Assembly (NCBI GenBank): GCA_021161555.1
Contig: JAGHAI010000120.1
Span: 1 to 42,500 of the forward strand
DNA: 42,500 nucleotides
From: a bacterium
GTDB taxonomy: Bacteria > UBP14 > UBA6098 > B30-G16
Direction of reading: 5' to 3'
The notes under the pieces are model-generated. The model had not been told where the DNA came from. It saw only the letters and a program-made list of their open reading frames with translations, and searched no databases. Numbering within the stretch: position 1 is the first letter of the stretch; every line of letters begins with the position of its first letter. Shown in pieces: positions 29,159 through 38,959 of this stretch. The position numbers were made by a program, and so were the translations under genes.

Positions 29159-29905
29159 TTATTCCATGTTCTCCATTTCCTCGTCGGGGATGTCCATATT
29201 TGAATACACCTTCTGGACATCGTCGTGGTCTTCGAGGGTTGACAGTAGTTTGAGCAATTTCTGTGCATCTTTGCCCGTCACCGTGACTGTGCTCTGCGGA
29301 ACCGCGCTTATTTCCGCAGATTCCACGGTAATTCCCGCTTCCATCAATTTTTCCCGAACATCGAAGAGGTTATTCATCTGTGTATATACTTCGTAAAAAT
29401 CTCCATCCTGTTTCACATCGTCTGCGCCGCTTTCGAGGGCGACCTCTATCAGTTTGTCCTCATCCGTATTTTCTGCAGGAACGAGTATCAGCCCGACTTT
29501 TGAAAACATCCAGGCGACACAGCCATTTTCTCCGAGATTTCCGCCCAGTTTTGAAAAAATATTTCTTATTTCTGCGACTGTGCGCTTTTTATTGTCCGTC
29601 ATAGTTTCAACGATAATTGCAACGCCGCCAGGTCCATATCCCTCGTATGTCACTTCTTCGTATGATACACCGGGCAATTCGCCTGTTCCCTTTTTTATTG
29701 CGCGTTCGATATTGTCAGCGGGCATATTTGCTGCTTTTGCTGCGGCGATTGCCGTTCGAAGGCGTGGATTTCCAGAAGGGTCGCCTCCGCCCGTGCGCGC
29801 CGCAACAGTGATTTCCTTTATCAACTTCGTGAACAGTTTGCCGCGCTTCGCATCGGTCACCGCCTTTTTATGCTTTATCGATGCCCATTTTGAATGTCCG
29901 CTCAT
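29159..29905 (-). CDS. yebC: YebC/PmpR family DNA-binding transcriptional regulator
   Basis: [37 protein letters not shown]... GGAGGT SD upstream. Confidence 0.95.
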   Translation of the reverse strand: MSGHSKWASIKHKKAVTDAKRGKLFTKLIKEITVAARTGGGDPSGNPRLRTAIAAAKAANMPADNIERAIKKGTGELPGVSYEEVTYEGYGPGGVAIIVETMTDNKKRTVAEIRNIFSKLGGNLGENGCVAWMFSKVGLILVPAENTDEDKLIEVALESGADDVKQDGDFYEVYTQMNNLFDVREKLMEAGITVESAEISAVPQSTVTVTGKDAQKLLKLLSTLEDHDDVQKVYSNMDIPDEEMENME

Positions 29906-29933
29906 AACTATACCTCCATATTATATTTCTCAC

Positions 29934-29962
29934 AAGTTATCATATCCTGTATGGTTTGTCAA
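29934..29962 (-). promoter_or_regulatory. Candidate sigma70-like promoter for yebC
   Basis: On the minus strand: TTGACA (29962-29957), a 17-nt spacer, then TAACTT (29939-29934), about 30 nt upstream of the yebC start. Confidence 0.3.
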
Positions 29963-30073
29963 ATGGCAAAATATCCAAATCACAAATCACACAATCAGGC
30001 TGACAAATCAAATCTTTGCTTAAAAAGTTTTTCAATGAATATACGGGAATAATGAATGAGACACTTTTTACCT

Positions 30074-30973
30074 TTACATTCTTTTCAGTGCATTTTCCGC
30101 CGATTTTTTCGATATTTTTTCGCAGTTCGAACGGATGAAACTCATAGTCAACTCTCCGCCCAAAAGCAGAATCGCCGCTGTGTAAAATATCCACATAAAA
30201 GTTGCGAGGACGGCGCTTATACCTCCATACAACTCGCTCAACCTGACGACATATCTTATATACAATGTAAAAAGTCTTTTGGCAACTTCCCATCCTATTC
30301 CTGCGAACAATCCCCCGAGTATAGCATATTTCCAGGGGACTTTTCTGTGAGGAATAAATTTATATATCAGCCCGAAATACACTGACACCCACAACACAGG
30401 CGCAAGCAGGAAGAACCATCGCCAGAAATGTCCATAACTCTGCGCCGACAGCCCGAGCACAGAAATACCGAAGTCCGAAATTAGTATTGCCGACCAGGTG
30501 GCGCCAGCGGAACCGATGAGAGCGAGATATGTGAAGAACATCAATATATATGCGAACAGCAGTTGTCTCCACAGCGGACGGTTTTCTCTACGCTCGAATA
30601 CGCGATTTATGGCGGATTCGACAGTCAGAAATACGCCTCCTGAAAATATAAACAACAGTAAAAACGATAGTTTGCTCACCGTAGATGCGTGGCGAACAAA
30701 AGTTCGGAAAAAAGAACCGATGTGCATCGTGCCGTCGGGCAGAAATAATTGCATATTTGTCAGTGAAATGATAAGCGATGCAGCTCTTTCTGGCGAACCA
30801 AGTATCATTCCCACTATGGAAAGACTTAAAAGCGTAAGCGGGACTGCAGACAACATAAAGTAGAACGAGATAGCCGCCGCCATCATCGGTCCACCGTCGC
30901 GGTAAAAGGATGACCACATTACACGAAAATGATGCCACCAGCTCAATATTTTACGAGAAAAATATTTGAACAT
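30074..30973 (-). CDS. YihY/BrkB family inner-membrane protein
   Basis: About 6 TM segments. N-terminal GGPMMAAAISFYFMLSAVPL and C-terminal SELYGGISAVLATFMWIFY are typical of YihY/virulence factor BrkB. Confidence 0.8.
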   Translation of the reverse strand: MFKYFSRKILSWWHHFRVMWSSFYRDGGPMMAAAISFYFMLSAVPLTLLSLSIVGMILGSPERAASLIISLTNMQLFLPDGTMHIGSFFRTFVRHASTVSKLSFLLLFIFSGGVFLTVESAINRVFERRENRPLWRQLLFAYILMFFTYLALIGSAGATWSAILISDFGISVLGLSAQSYGHFWRWFFLLAPVLWVSVYFGLIYKFIPHRKVPWKYAILGGLFAGIGWEVAKRLFTLYIRYVVRLSELYGGISAVLATFMWIFYTAAILLLGGELTMSFIRSNCEKISKKSAENALKRM

Positions 30974-31039
30974 ATAAGAAAAATATTAAAATTTCAGCGA
31001 GTTTACAAGGGAATTATACTTTTCTGCTGACAGGTTGCT

Positions 31040-32422
31040 TTAAGCATTTTTGACCAGCAGTGCAACGCCTTCAATGTGATATGTCTGCGGAAACATATCG
31101 ACAGGACGGGCTTTTATCAATTTGTATCCGTATTGTGAAAACAGAAGTGCATCCCTTGCCAGCGTGGATGGATTGCAGGAAATATATACTATCTTTTTCG
31201 GTGAAAATTGCGCAATTCTCTCGGACGATTTTTTAGAAAGTCCTGCTCGCGGCGGGTCGATTATGACCACATCGGGTTGGGCAAAATTCATTTGCCACAG
31301 TTGATAAAGCACCCTGCGGACATCCCCTTCGATGAATGTTATATTGGCAATTTCGTTTTCTTCTGCATTTCTTCTTGCATCGGCAACTGCATCAGGATTT
31401 TCTTCTATGCCGACGACCTGCGACGATTTCCTTGAAAAATACATCCCGATTGTTCCAGTGCCGCAGTATAGGTCCCACACTCTTTCGTTTCCCGAAAGTT
31501 CCGCAAATTCCAGCGCAAGATTGTAGAGTTTTTCCGCTCCAGGCGGGTTCGTCTGGAAGAATGACAGCGGCGAAATAGAAAACTTTAGTTCGCCAATAAA
31601 TTCGTAAATTTCCCTTTTTTCAAAAAGATAAAAAATTTTCCCCGATGTGCTGCTCCCAAAGGGATTTGTCGTCAGAAAACCACCTGCGACAATATCTGGA
31701 AATTTTTTAAAAAGTTTTTTAAAAAATTGTGCAATCTTTTCGTTTCTGGAACTGTCCGCAGCAGTTATGCCGAGAAGCGCCTTCTTTTGAGCGAAACTCC
31801 ACCTGACAGTGAAAAATTTTAAAAAGTAATCATCGGTGCAGAGGAAAAAATCTTCTGCGTTTAAAATTTCTTCGGCGGCAGCGCAAATTTTTCTCACATC
31901 TTCAGGAATCAGCAGGCAATTCTTCGCCACAGGAACGAGGACAGCGTATTTCCCCCGTCGGTGCAGCCCGAGAAATATTTTTCCATTTTCATCCCTGCCG
32001 AAGGAAAATTCCATCTTGTTGCGATATTCCCATTCGAGCGGCGACCTGACAATCGCGGCTAAATCCGAGCCTGCACCAGAACATATATGATTAAAATTGC
32101 CGATGCGCGAGAGCGTTTCGAAAAAAATTTCCTGCTTGAACTTCAACTGCGTTTCGTAGTCTATGTGTTGCAGGGTGCATCCCCCGCACCTTCCAAAGTG
32201 AGGGCATTTCGGAACGATTCTCAACGGCGAAGGCTCGATTACATCAACGACTTCTGCATACCATACCCGTTTTCTTCTTTTAAAAATTTTTGCGCGAACT
32301 TTTTCTTCGGGAATTGCACCGTAGATGAAAAAATTTTCGCCATCTCTGTGTGCAAGCGCTGTTCCGCCATAGACAAATTTTTCCGCCACAAGTTCTATTT
32401 CTTCGCCTATCGAGTATTTCAT
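31040..32422 (-). CDS. rlmD: 23S rRNA (uracil-C5)-methyltransferase, RlmD/RumA family
   Basis: TRAM-like N-terminus, Fe-S cysteines CPHFGRCGGCTLQH, the SAM motif DLYCGTGTIG, plus DPPRAG and YISCNPSTLARD. Confidence 0.88.
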   Translation of the reverse strand: MKYSIGEEIELVAEKFVYGGTALAHRDGENFFIYGAIPEEKVRAKIFKRRKRVWYAEVVDVIEPSPLRIVPKCPHFGRCGGCTLQHIDYETQLKFKQEIFFETLSRIGNFNHICSGAGSDLAAIVRSPLEWEYRNKMEFSFGRDENGKIFLGLHRRGKYAVLVPVAKNCLLIPEDVRKICAAAEEILNAEDFFLCTDDYFLKFFTVRWSFAQKKALLGITAADSSRNEKIAQFFKKLFKKFPDIVAGGFLTTNPFGSSTSGKIFYLFEKREIYEFIGELKFSISPLSFFQTNPPGAEKLYNLALEFAELSGNERVWDLYCGTGTIGMYFSRKSSQVVGIEENPDAVADARRNAEENEIANITFIEGDVRRVLYQLWQMNFAQPDVVIIDPPRAGLSKKSSERIAQFSPKKIVYISCNPSTLARDALLFSQYGYKLIKARPVDMFPQTYHIEGVALLVKNA

Positions 32423-32441
32423 TTCTATGATTGGACGGCAG

Positions 32442-34490
32442 TTATTTCTGTTTTTCTATTTTTTCGATTATTTTCTGCGCGATGCCGTTTTCTGGATTTT
32501 TTGCGAGAATCGAATCCGCCTGCGCTTTTGCTTCGTCTAATTTTCCTGAATTCAGGAGGGAAATTGCATAATTGGTTCTGTATTCTTCCCTATCGGGTGC
32601 CAGCGAAACCGCTTTCTGAAAGGAGTTGGTTGCCCTGTCAAATTTTTTTGTTTGAGAATAGAGCGCCCCGCGAATATTCCACAGTCCCGCATTTTCCGGA
32701 TACAATGCACAGCCAAAGGTGGCAACAATTATCCCTTCATCATACATTTTCCAGTCAATCAGGTCGTTCAGAATGCCGTGAAGCGACACATCGAAATATG
32801 GATATATTTTTTCGTTTTGTTCCCTGATGTATTGAATGTAGCGAGTTCGTTCTTCGGATGGCATCGTTGACATTGTCATAACCACCTGTGCCGCCTGCGG
32901 CAGCATCGTTCTTATTATCCACTGCTTATCGGGATGGAAGCCATAGCGCCAGAATTGAAATATTGTCGTATCCGCCGATGGCAGCACCTCATAGACATCC
33001 AGTTCGGGAACGCATTCCACTGCGTTTATATATTGATGTGTTCGCCACAAAAATTTAACCGCCGACCTGTTCGCCGCGATATACGGAAACCAGATTGGCG
33101 ATATCGCCAGCACTTTCGGATGGTGTTTCAATATCAATTTTGCCGCTATGGAGTCGAAAACTATGTAATGTTCGTGAAGAAGTTTTCTCTTTTCCCATAT
33201 CAGCATTGTCGCTTCGTTTGATGTCAGTCCCGCAAGGTCGAGGATTTTTCTGCCCGTGTCGTATTTTATCCTGCCGACATCGTGAGTCGCAACGAGGTCA
33301 TCGTCGGATGTGTTTTTCAAAATCCACTTTGCCGTCTGTCCGTGAATTGTGTTGATTTGTTCAATGGTTCGCGCAGGCATTTTTATCCAGCGCGGCAGCC
33401 CCACAATCGATGGTAGCAATATCGCGATGCAAACGGCGAGAATATGCCATCTTTTTTTAAAAAATACCAGCGAAGAAAATGCCACAGCGGTGAGAGATGG
33501 AACAATTACAATCGTGTATCGCCCGAAGTGGACTTCCTGAATGGACACCAAAAATTTTGCCGCAGGCAGCCCAAAGACCCACAACAACGGCAACAATGCT
33601 ATCAGCATCTTCTTCTTCGCAGAAATGACAATCAGCACAATCGATGACAATATCAGAGCGATTATGAGTGCAAAGTTATCGTGCCAGAATGTCGAAATCG
33701 TGTATGCTATGTAATCCCATCTCGTTCCGCGATAAATCGCGCTTTTGCTGAAAAATGTGTTCGGCAAGGGGTGTCCCGTGAGAAGCAGATTGAAGACGAA
33801 ATACAGTGCCGAAAATCCTGCGATTATCATAATTGGAAGTATTGCGCGGCGAATATTCTTTCGATGGACGAAGATGTATCCGGAGAACATAATGACATAC
33901 AGCAAAAACGCTTCGGGTCTTATGAAAATTGCCAGCCCAGACAGTATCGCGGAGGCGATGTTCTTTCGCCTTTCGACTGCTTCTGTAATAAAAAGTGCAA
34001 TCGAAAATGTCACTGCGGCGGAAAAAAGTTGTGTTTCCATTCCCGAAAATGCGTGCCAGAGAAATCTGCCGAACAGAACGACTGCGAGAGCGGAAAAAAT
34101 CGGTATTGTTCTATTATCTTTGCCCAGAGCGAGCAGAATTTTTCTCGCGAGATAGTATGACGAGAATGCGGCGAGCAGAAACGATATCGCCGATAAAATC
34201 CAGACGGCAGGCATAAGCCCGAAAATCGCTCCAAATGTGGCGACGAGAATTACCCACAGCGGCGAAGTGCTTCCTGTCGATGTTTCACCGATGTTGAACT
34301 GAAAGATGTGCCCCGAAAGGAGATTTTTGGCATATACGAGGTGAATGTATCCGTCGTCGAGGCTCAAGCCCGCATCAGTTCGAGCAGCTATTGTGTGCCA
34401 GCACAAAAGGAGCAGCAATCCCCAGAGAACAACGATGAAAAGTTTTTCGAGTTTTTCCATCACAGTTTTATCGGTGTGCATAGTTATCAT
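32442..34490 (-). CDS. GT-C-fold (ArnT/PMT-like) polytopic membrane glycosyltransferase with C-terminal TPR domain
   Basis: More than 10 predicted TM helices with an early-loop DD motif (LSLDDGYIHLVYAKNL). A soluble C-terminal region ends in TPR repeats (NAGLWNIRGALYSQTKKFDRATNSFQKAVSLAP...). The start codon overlaps the upstream stop (ATGA). Confidence 0.65.
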   Translation of the reverse strand: MITMHTDKTVMEKLEKLFIVVLWGLLLLLCWHTIAARTDAGLSLDDGYIHLVYAKNLLSGHIFQFNIGETSTGSTSPLWVILVATFGAIFGLMPAVWILSAISFLLAAFSSYYLARKILLALGKDNRTIPIFSALAVVLFGRFLWHAFSGMETQLFSAAVTFSIALFITEAVERRKNIASAILSGLAIFIRPEAFLLYVIMFSGYIFVHRKNIRRAILPIMIIAGFSALYFVFNLLLTGHPLPNTFFSKSAIYRGTRWDYIAYTISTFWHDNFALIIALILSSIVLIVISAKKKMLIALLPLLWVFGLPAAKFLVSIQEVHFGRYTIVIVPSLTAVAFSSLVFFKKRWHILAVCIAILLPSIVGLPRWIKMPARTIEQINTIHGQTAKWILKNTSDDDLVATHDVGRIKYDTGRKILDLAGLTSNEATMLIWEKRKLLHEHYIVFDSIAAKLILKHHPKVLAISPIWFPYIAANRSAVKFLWRTHQYINAVECVPELDVYEVLPSADTTIFQFWRYGFHPDKQWIIRTMLPQAAQVVMTMSTMPSEERTRYIQYIREQNEKIYPYFDVSLHGILNDLIDWKMYDEGIIVATFGCALYPENAGLWNIRGALYSQTKKFDRATNSFQKAVSLAPDREEYRTNYAISLLNSGKLDEAKAQADSILAKNPENGIAQKIIEKIEKQK

Positions 34491-37400
34491 TTCACAAGAA
34501 CAGTTCTTCGCAGGATTGTCTTCGAACTGGTCGAAAGTTTTACGAAGTAAATTCCCGATGGCATTGATTTTCCGCTGTCGTCGTTTCCGCGCCAGACTGC
34601 TCTGTATGTTCCCGCAAGCAGTTTTCCTTTCACAAGCGTGCGGATTTTTCTTCCAGAATCGTCAAATATCGATAGTTCAATATCTTCTAATGCCGGAAGA
34701 GAAAACTGAATTTCGGTCGATGCGTTGAATGGTGTGGGTTCGGGGATTTTCAAACTCATTTCTTTGGGCATTTTAGATTCATCAACTGCGGAAGGAACGA
34801 TGTGCATAATCACAGGAACGCGCAGGTCGGGGTTGTCTCTGTCGTTGGATTTAAACTGGAGCGCCGCAATTTCCGTGTGGTCAATAGGCATTCCCTGTGA
34901 ATTGAACGATACGGTTATATTGTGCGGTTCAGAACTTATCGTATCCACAACGGGACGAACGGACAGCCATACCGCATCGTAGAAATAGAATTCCAGCGGA
35001 TTTTCCGTTTCGTCGGGCAGCAAATCGATTATTTCAGGCGATGTTCCCGCAAGCCCTGCCATAGAAGCACATCTTATGTATGCCGCTTCGGGAGAACCTA
35101 TGAGTGATACTCTAAAACCGACTTCAATTGTGTCCTCGCCAGCGGAATGATATATCCAGTCGGGCGGGCTGACTATGTCCCACCCATAAGGACTGTCGGG
35201 ATTGTATCGCAGAATCATTCCATTATATCCCATAAAATTGGCAATAGCCACCATATATTCTATGCCGCCGCCGTCCACATATCCCGTGGATGGATTTCTG
35301 TCCGTGTCGAGCATAATCGTCATGGCAAATGAATCGGGGTCGCCAAAACTTTCGTAGCCCGTAATTCTGAAATATGCGTATGGAACGCCTGTGTTCTTTA
35401 TCTGCCCAAAGAATTTGTCTATGTCAAGCGAAACACCTTCCTGCGGGTCTTTGGCGAGAAGATGCCACAGTTCAGGGTCGGGAACCGTCGTATAGTCAGC
35501 GGGTGTATATGAAATATGTGGCGAAATTATGTGTATATTTCCAAAGAGATTTGCAAATTCTTCCGAATTGAAGAGATATCTGAAATCGGGCGTTGTTCTG
35601 AACAATCCATCGCCATAAGGCATTTCGAAGATGTCAATGGCAAGATTGCCCATTCCAATGTTTGCCACAGTAAGCGATGTATCGAAGATGATGCCAGAAT
35701 TTATCGCCACATACAGGCTTTCGGGAACAACAGATATTATCACTCTGAACGGCGTGGCAGGAACGGGTCCAGCAGGTGCGGAATTGCCGCGCTCATACAC
35801 GGCAACCAGCCAGTAAAAGTATCTCGTTTCATTGACAACATCATAATCTATGTAGAAAGTATCATCTGCCGATATGTGCGCTATCGGTTCCTCTGGCATT
35901 TCGTTGCTGGTGTTTCTATAAAGCAGATATTCTATCACTCCCTCTGATGGCGTGTCCCAGTGCAGCGGCACCATTTCGTCATATCCGCTCTCTGCATAGA
36001 AATTTATCGGCGGGATGAGAAAACTGGTTTCCAGAACTGCAACATCGTCGATATACCAGCCCGCACCCGCCATTGCGTCGTCCGATGCGAAGTGAAACTG
36101 AATTTTTATGTGATGACCGACATAGGGAGCAAGGTCAAAGGTCACCTGTTTCCAGCCGTGCGTGCTTCCAGAAAATCCTGGTTCTCCATCGAGTGCGACC
36201 ACAATGCGGGAATTATAGCCGCCGATTGGTTCGATGGCAACAGGTTCGCCATCGTCAACCCTGATGAGAACTTCCCCGCCGTCGTATCGCCGTTCGGATT
36301 CAAGCCACATCCAGAACTGAAGTATAGCGGAGGAATAATCCGTCAGGTCGATATCGCTGCTTTCGAGATATAAATCAGCATCATTATCGTATGCGCCATC
36401 GAGACCTGTTGCCCACAGAAGATTTCCGGAAAATGCTCCATCCGGTCCATAGGATGGAATTCCCCATTCCCATCCTGGCGTCGATACAAAACCGCCGTCA
36501 TCTTCTTCAAAATCATAGAAGAAAGAACGCACTATCTTGAATGAATAAAATTCGTCTTCCCCGGGGCTGTATGCTGTATTGGGTTCCGCTGCGCCATCCT
36601 GAGCAACGATGGAATACCAGATCGAATCGCCGACGGAGACGCTGTCGTCGAAGTCCATTTCAGCGATGAAATGCTCATCTCCCGAGGCATTCATAAATAT
36701 CGTATCAGCGGAAAGTGAGTTTTTTCCGTAAATCAGTTTTGCCGAAATTGGTGCGTCGATGTTGTCGGTAATTTTAGCCCGCGGATGAAACGGATATGCG
36801 AGAACGCTCTGGTCCCAGAGCGGTGTGTGTTTTATCTTCGGTGGAATCGTATCCTGTCCGACGAAGAAAGAGAACAGAGAATCGGGTGCGCCATCTGGAA
36901 GAGTATCTGAAAAATCGCGCCAGTCTTCCGCTGTAAGATAATAATAAATCATCGTTCCACCCGACTGTGCTGGAATGTATGCATCCCAGATATTTGTAGT
37001 GTCGGTTTCCGATAGTTCTGACGATGTGAATGTGGAACCGCCATCTGTGGAATAATAAAGCATCGCTTCGCGAATCGGCGTGAACGATGTCAATTCCACC
37101 ATAATGCGATATGGCGAAAGAGTGTCTTCCGTGTCGGAATGAGGCTTATGGAAAATTTTCACTCCAAAGCCACCAATCCCGTGTCTTGTGTAGGCATTCA
37201 TAATTTCGTCGTCGTGAGGCGTTCCGTTTGAGATAACTCCATCGTCGTCGTCGAGGATTAGCATTTCGTATGCGAAATCGTTGAAGTTATTTGCATAGGT
37301 ATATCTGGTGAAGTGAACGAGTGTGTCGGCGTAGGAATGATCTGGAATTGCCTCGCGAATTTCCCACCAGGCGCCCGATATAATTCTGCTGTCGGCGTGA

Positions 37401-38824
37401 ACTTCGCCAACCCAATCATCAGGGTATCTTAAATCATTATCGAGGGTTCTCATCCAGGGCTGGCCTATTATTAACCCGATTTCGCCGATATACGGTTCAC
37501 CAGTAATTGCGCAGGCAAAATAATCCGAAAATGCTTCGTCCATAGCGCCAGGCTGGTCGTTATACGGAAGTGCTTCAAATGGATATATGTAATGCGTCGT
37601 TCCGTGAGTGTATTCGTGATAAATCACATCTGCATATAGCCCGAAATTTCTATAACCACCGCCGCCAGCGCCGAGATGTATGCCATACCCATCCCAGAAG
37701 GCATTTTGCGGACAGGGGTCAACGGTATCGCTGACGACAACTGGAACGGGATAGTCCATCGATGTGAATTCGGGTTCGAGTGCTTTGTAGAACGAATGAA
37801 CGATGTTCGTATGATAATACCCGCCGGTTTCGTCAATCCCCGCGCATTCTTCGTCTATGAAGAGGTCGAAATGTTCTTCGGAAGCGCCACCGCCGCAGAT
37901 ACTGTGAATGTGAGAAACTGGCACAACATCCGCATATCTTCCGACGAGTTTGCCATATATCATCATTCCCGGTTCAAAGGTCGTATCGATTACATAATTT
38001 CCGTCTTCGTCCGTGAATGTGCTGTCGCCGTATTCGTCCTCGATGTGCATATCGGGAAGGGATAAAGTTTCCGGTTCGTCGAGCTCGTAAAGTGGATGCA
38101 CCATCGCCGTGACTTTTCCGTATATCGTCTGTATGTCGTCCCACCAGTAAAGAATTTCGCCTGTGTGCGCATCGATGAATATGCGGTATCGGTGAACGGG
38201 CAGACTATTTCTGGCGAACATATACCACATCAGTTTGCCGCCACCAAATGGTGCTATCATAAGTTGCACATCATTCACTTCTTCAAATTCAAAGTTCTGA
38301 TGTGCAATCTGTTCCGCTTCCAATGGCGAAATCGACGGTGATGTATCAACATCGAGATTGGGATGGACATCCGACCCGATGAGAACGAGGTTTCCCTTCT
38401 TTATTCTGAAATCGGCGCGGCCGGTCAATACTGGAATATCATCGTAATATTCCCTGAATATTATTATCCAGGTATTCAAAACATTTCTTGCGGAAAGCAA
38501 CTTCAATTGACACCGTGCAGGAAACAAATCTTCGTTCTTCGCGATAAAATTTCTGCACAGGCGCACCGCGTCATCCTCGTCCTTCGGATTGCCCAGGAAA
38601 ATTCCTCCGCCGATAATCCTGTGAGGAAGTCCTGTGCTTTCGTTCCATATAAATTCCCAGTTTTTGCCGTATTTCTGCGTAAATTTATTTTCGATTTGTT
38701 GAGACTGCGCAGTTTTATTCGATGTATATCTGGGTTGTTCCCAGAATACAAAGTTTTGTTCGCCTGTTGGCGCAAACGACCAGCACAAACCTATTAAAGC
38801 AGCCCATATAAGTATCTGTTTCAT
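34487..38824 (-). CDS. Large secreted multidomain zinc metalloprotease (thermolysin M4 / fungalysin M36-like) with C-terminal T9SS/FlgD-Ig-like sorting domain
   Basis: Signal peptide MKQILIWAALIGLCWSF after an AGGAGGG SD. HEYTH at 37604-37618 and the third ligand in GAMDEAFSDYF. A MAM/LamG-like module (LWATGLDG...GWYIDDVAV) and an FN3-like module. The C-terminus EIQFSLP...LSIFDDSGRKIRTLV...GTYRAVWRGNDDSGKSMPSGIYFVKL resembles a Por secretion tail. Confidence 0.8.
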   Translation of the reverse strand: MKQILIWAALIGLCWSFAPTGEQNFVFWEQPRYTSNKTAQSQQIENKFTQKYGKNWEFIWNESTGLPHRIIGGGIFLGNPKDEDDAVRLCRNFIAKNEDLFPARCQLKLLSARNVLNTWIIIFREYYDDIPVLTGRADFRIKKGNLVLIGSDVHPNLDVDTSPSISPLEAEQIAHQNFEFEEVNDVQLMIAPFGGGKLMWYMFARNSLPVHRYRIFIDAHTGEILYWWDDIQTIYGKVTAMVHPLYELDEPETLSLPDMHIEDEYGDSTFTDEDGNYVIDTTFEPGMMIYGKLVGRYADVVPVSHIHSICGGGASEEHFDLFIDEECAGIDETGGYYHTNIVHSFYKALEPEFTSMDYPVPVVVSDTVDPCPQNAFWDGYGIHLGAGGGGYRNFGLYADVIYHEYTHGTTHYIYPFEALPYNDQPGAMDEAFSDYFACAITGEPYIGEIGLIIGQPWMRTLDNDLRYPDDWVGEVHADSRIISGAWWEIREAIPDHSYADTLVHFTRYTYANNFNDFAYEMLILDDDDGVISNGTPHDDEIMNAYTRHGIGGFGVKIFHKPHSDTEDTLSPYRIMVELTSFTPIREAMLYYSTDGGSTFTSSELSETDTTNIWDAYIPAQSGGTMIYYYLTAEDWRDFSDTLPDGAPDSLFSFFVGQDTIPPKIKHTPLWDQSVLAYPFHPRAKITDNIDAPISAKLIYGKNSLSADTIFMNASGDEHFIAEMDFDDSVSVGDSIWYSIVAQDGAAEPNTAYSPGEDEFYSFKIVRSFFYDFEEDDGGFVSTPGWEWGIPSYGPDGAFSGNLLWATGLDGAYDNDADLYLESSDIDLTDYSSAILQFWMWLESERRYDGGEVLIRVDDGEPVAIEPIGGYNSRIVVALDGEPGFSGSTHGWKQVTFDLAPYVGHHIKIQFHFASDDAMAGAGWYIDDVAVLETSFLIPPINFYAESGYDEMVPLHWDTPSEGVIEYLLYRNTSNEMPEEPIAHISADDTFYIDYDVVNETRYFYWLVAVYERGNSAPAGPVPATPFRVIISVVPESLYVAINSGIIFDTSLTVANIGMGNLAIDIFEMPYGDGLFRTTPDFRYLFNSEEFANLFGNIHIISPHISYTPADYTTVPDPELWHLLAKDPQEGVSLDIDKFFGQIKNTGVPYAYFRITGYESFGDPDSFAMTIMLDTDRNPSTGYVDGGGIEYMVAIANFMGYNGMILRYNPDSPYGWDIVSPPDWIYHSAGEDTIEVGFRVSLIGSPEAAYIRCASMAGLAGTSPEIIDLLPDETENPLEFYFYDAVWLSVRPVVDTISSEPHNITVSFNSQGMPIDHTEIAALQFKSNDRDNPDLRVPVIMHIVPSAVDESKMPKEMSLKIPEPTPFNASTEIQFSLPALEDIELSIFDDSGRKIRTLVKGKLLAGTYRAVWRGNDDSGKSMPSGIYFVKLSTSSKTILRRTVLVK

Positions 38825-38959
38825 AATAAACTTCCCTCCTGAATTTTTCATTTTTTAAAAAATAAATTCTTTTTTCAAAATTGCAAATTCATTATAATAT
38901 CCATTAAAATTCACAAACATACCGCATAAAACATTTAGTATAAAAACGGGGATTTTGAT

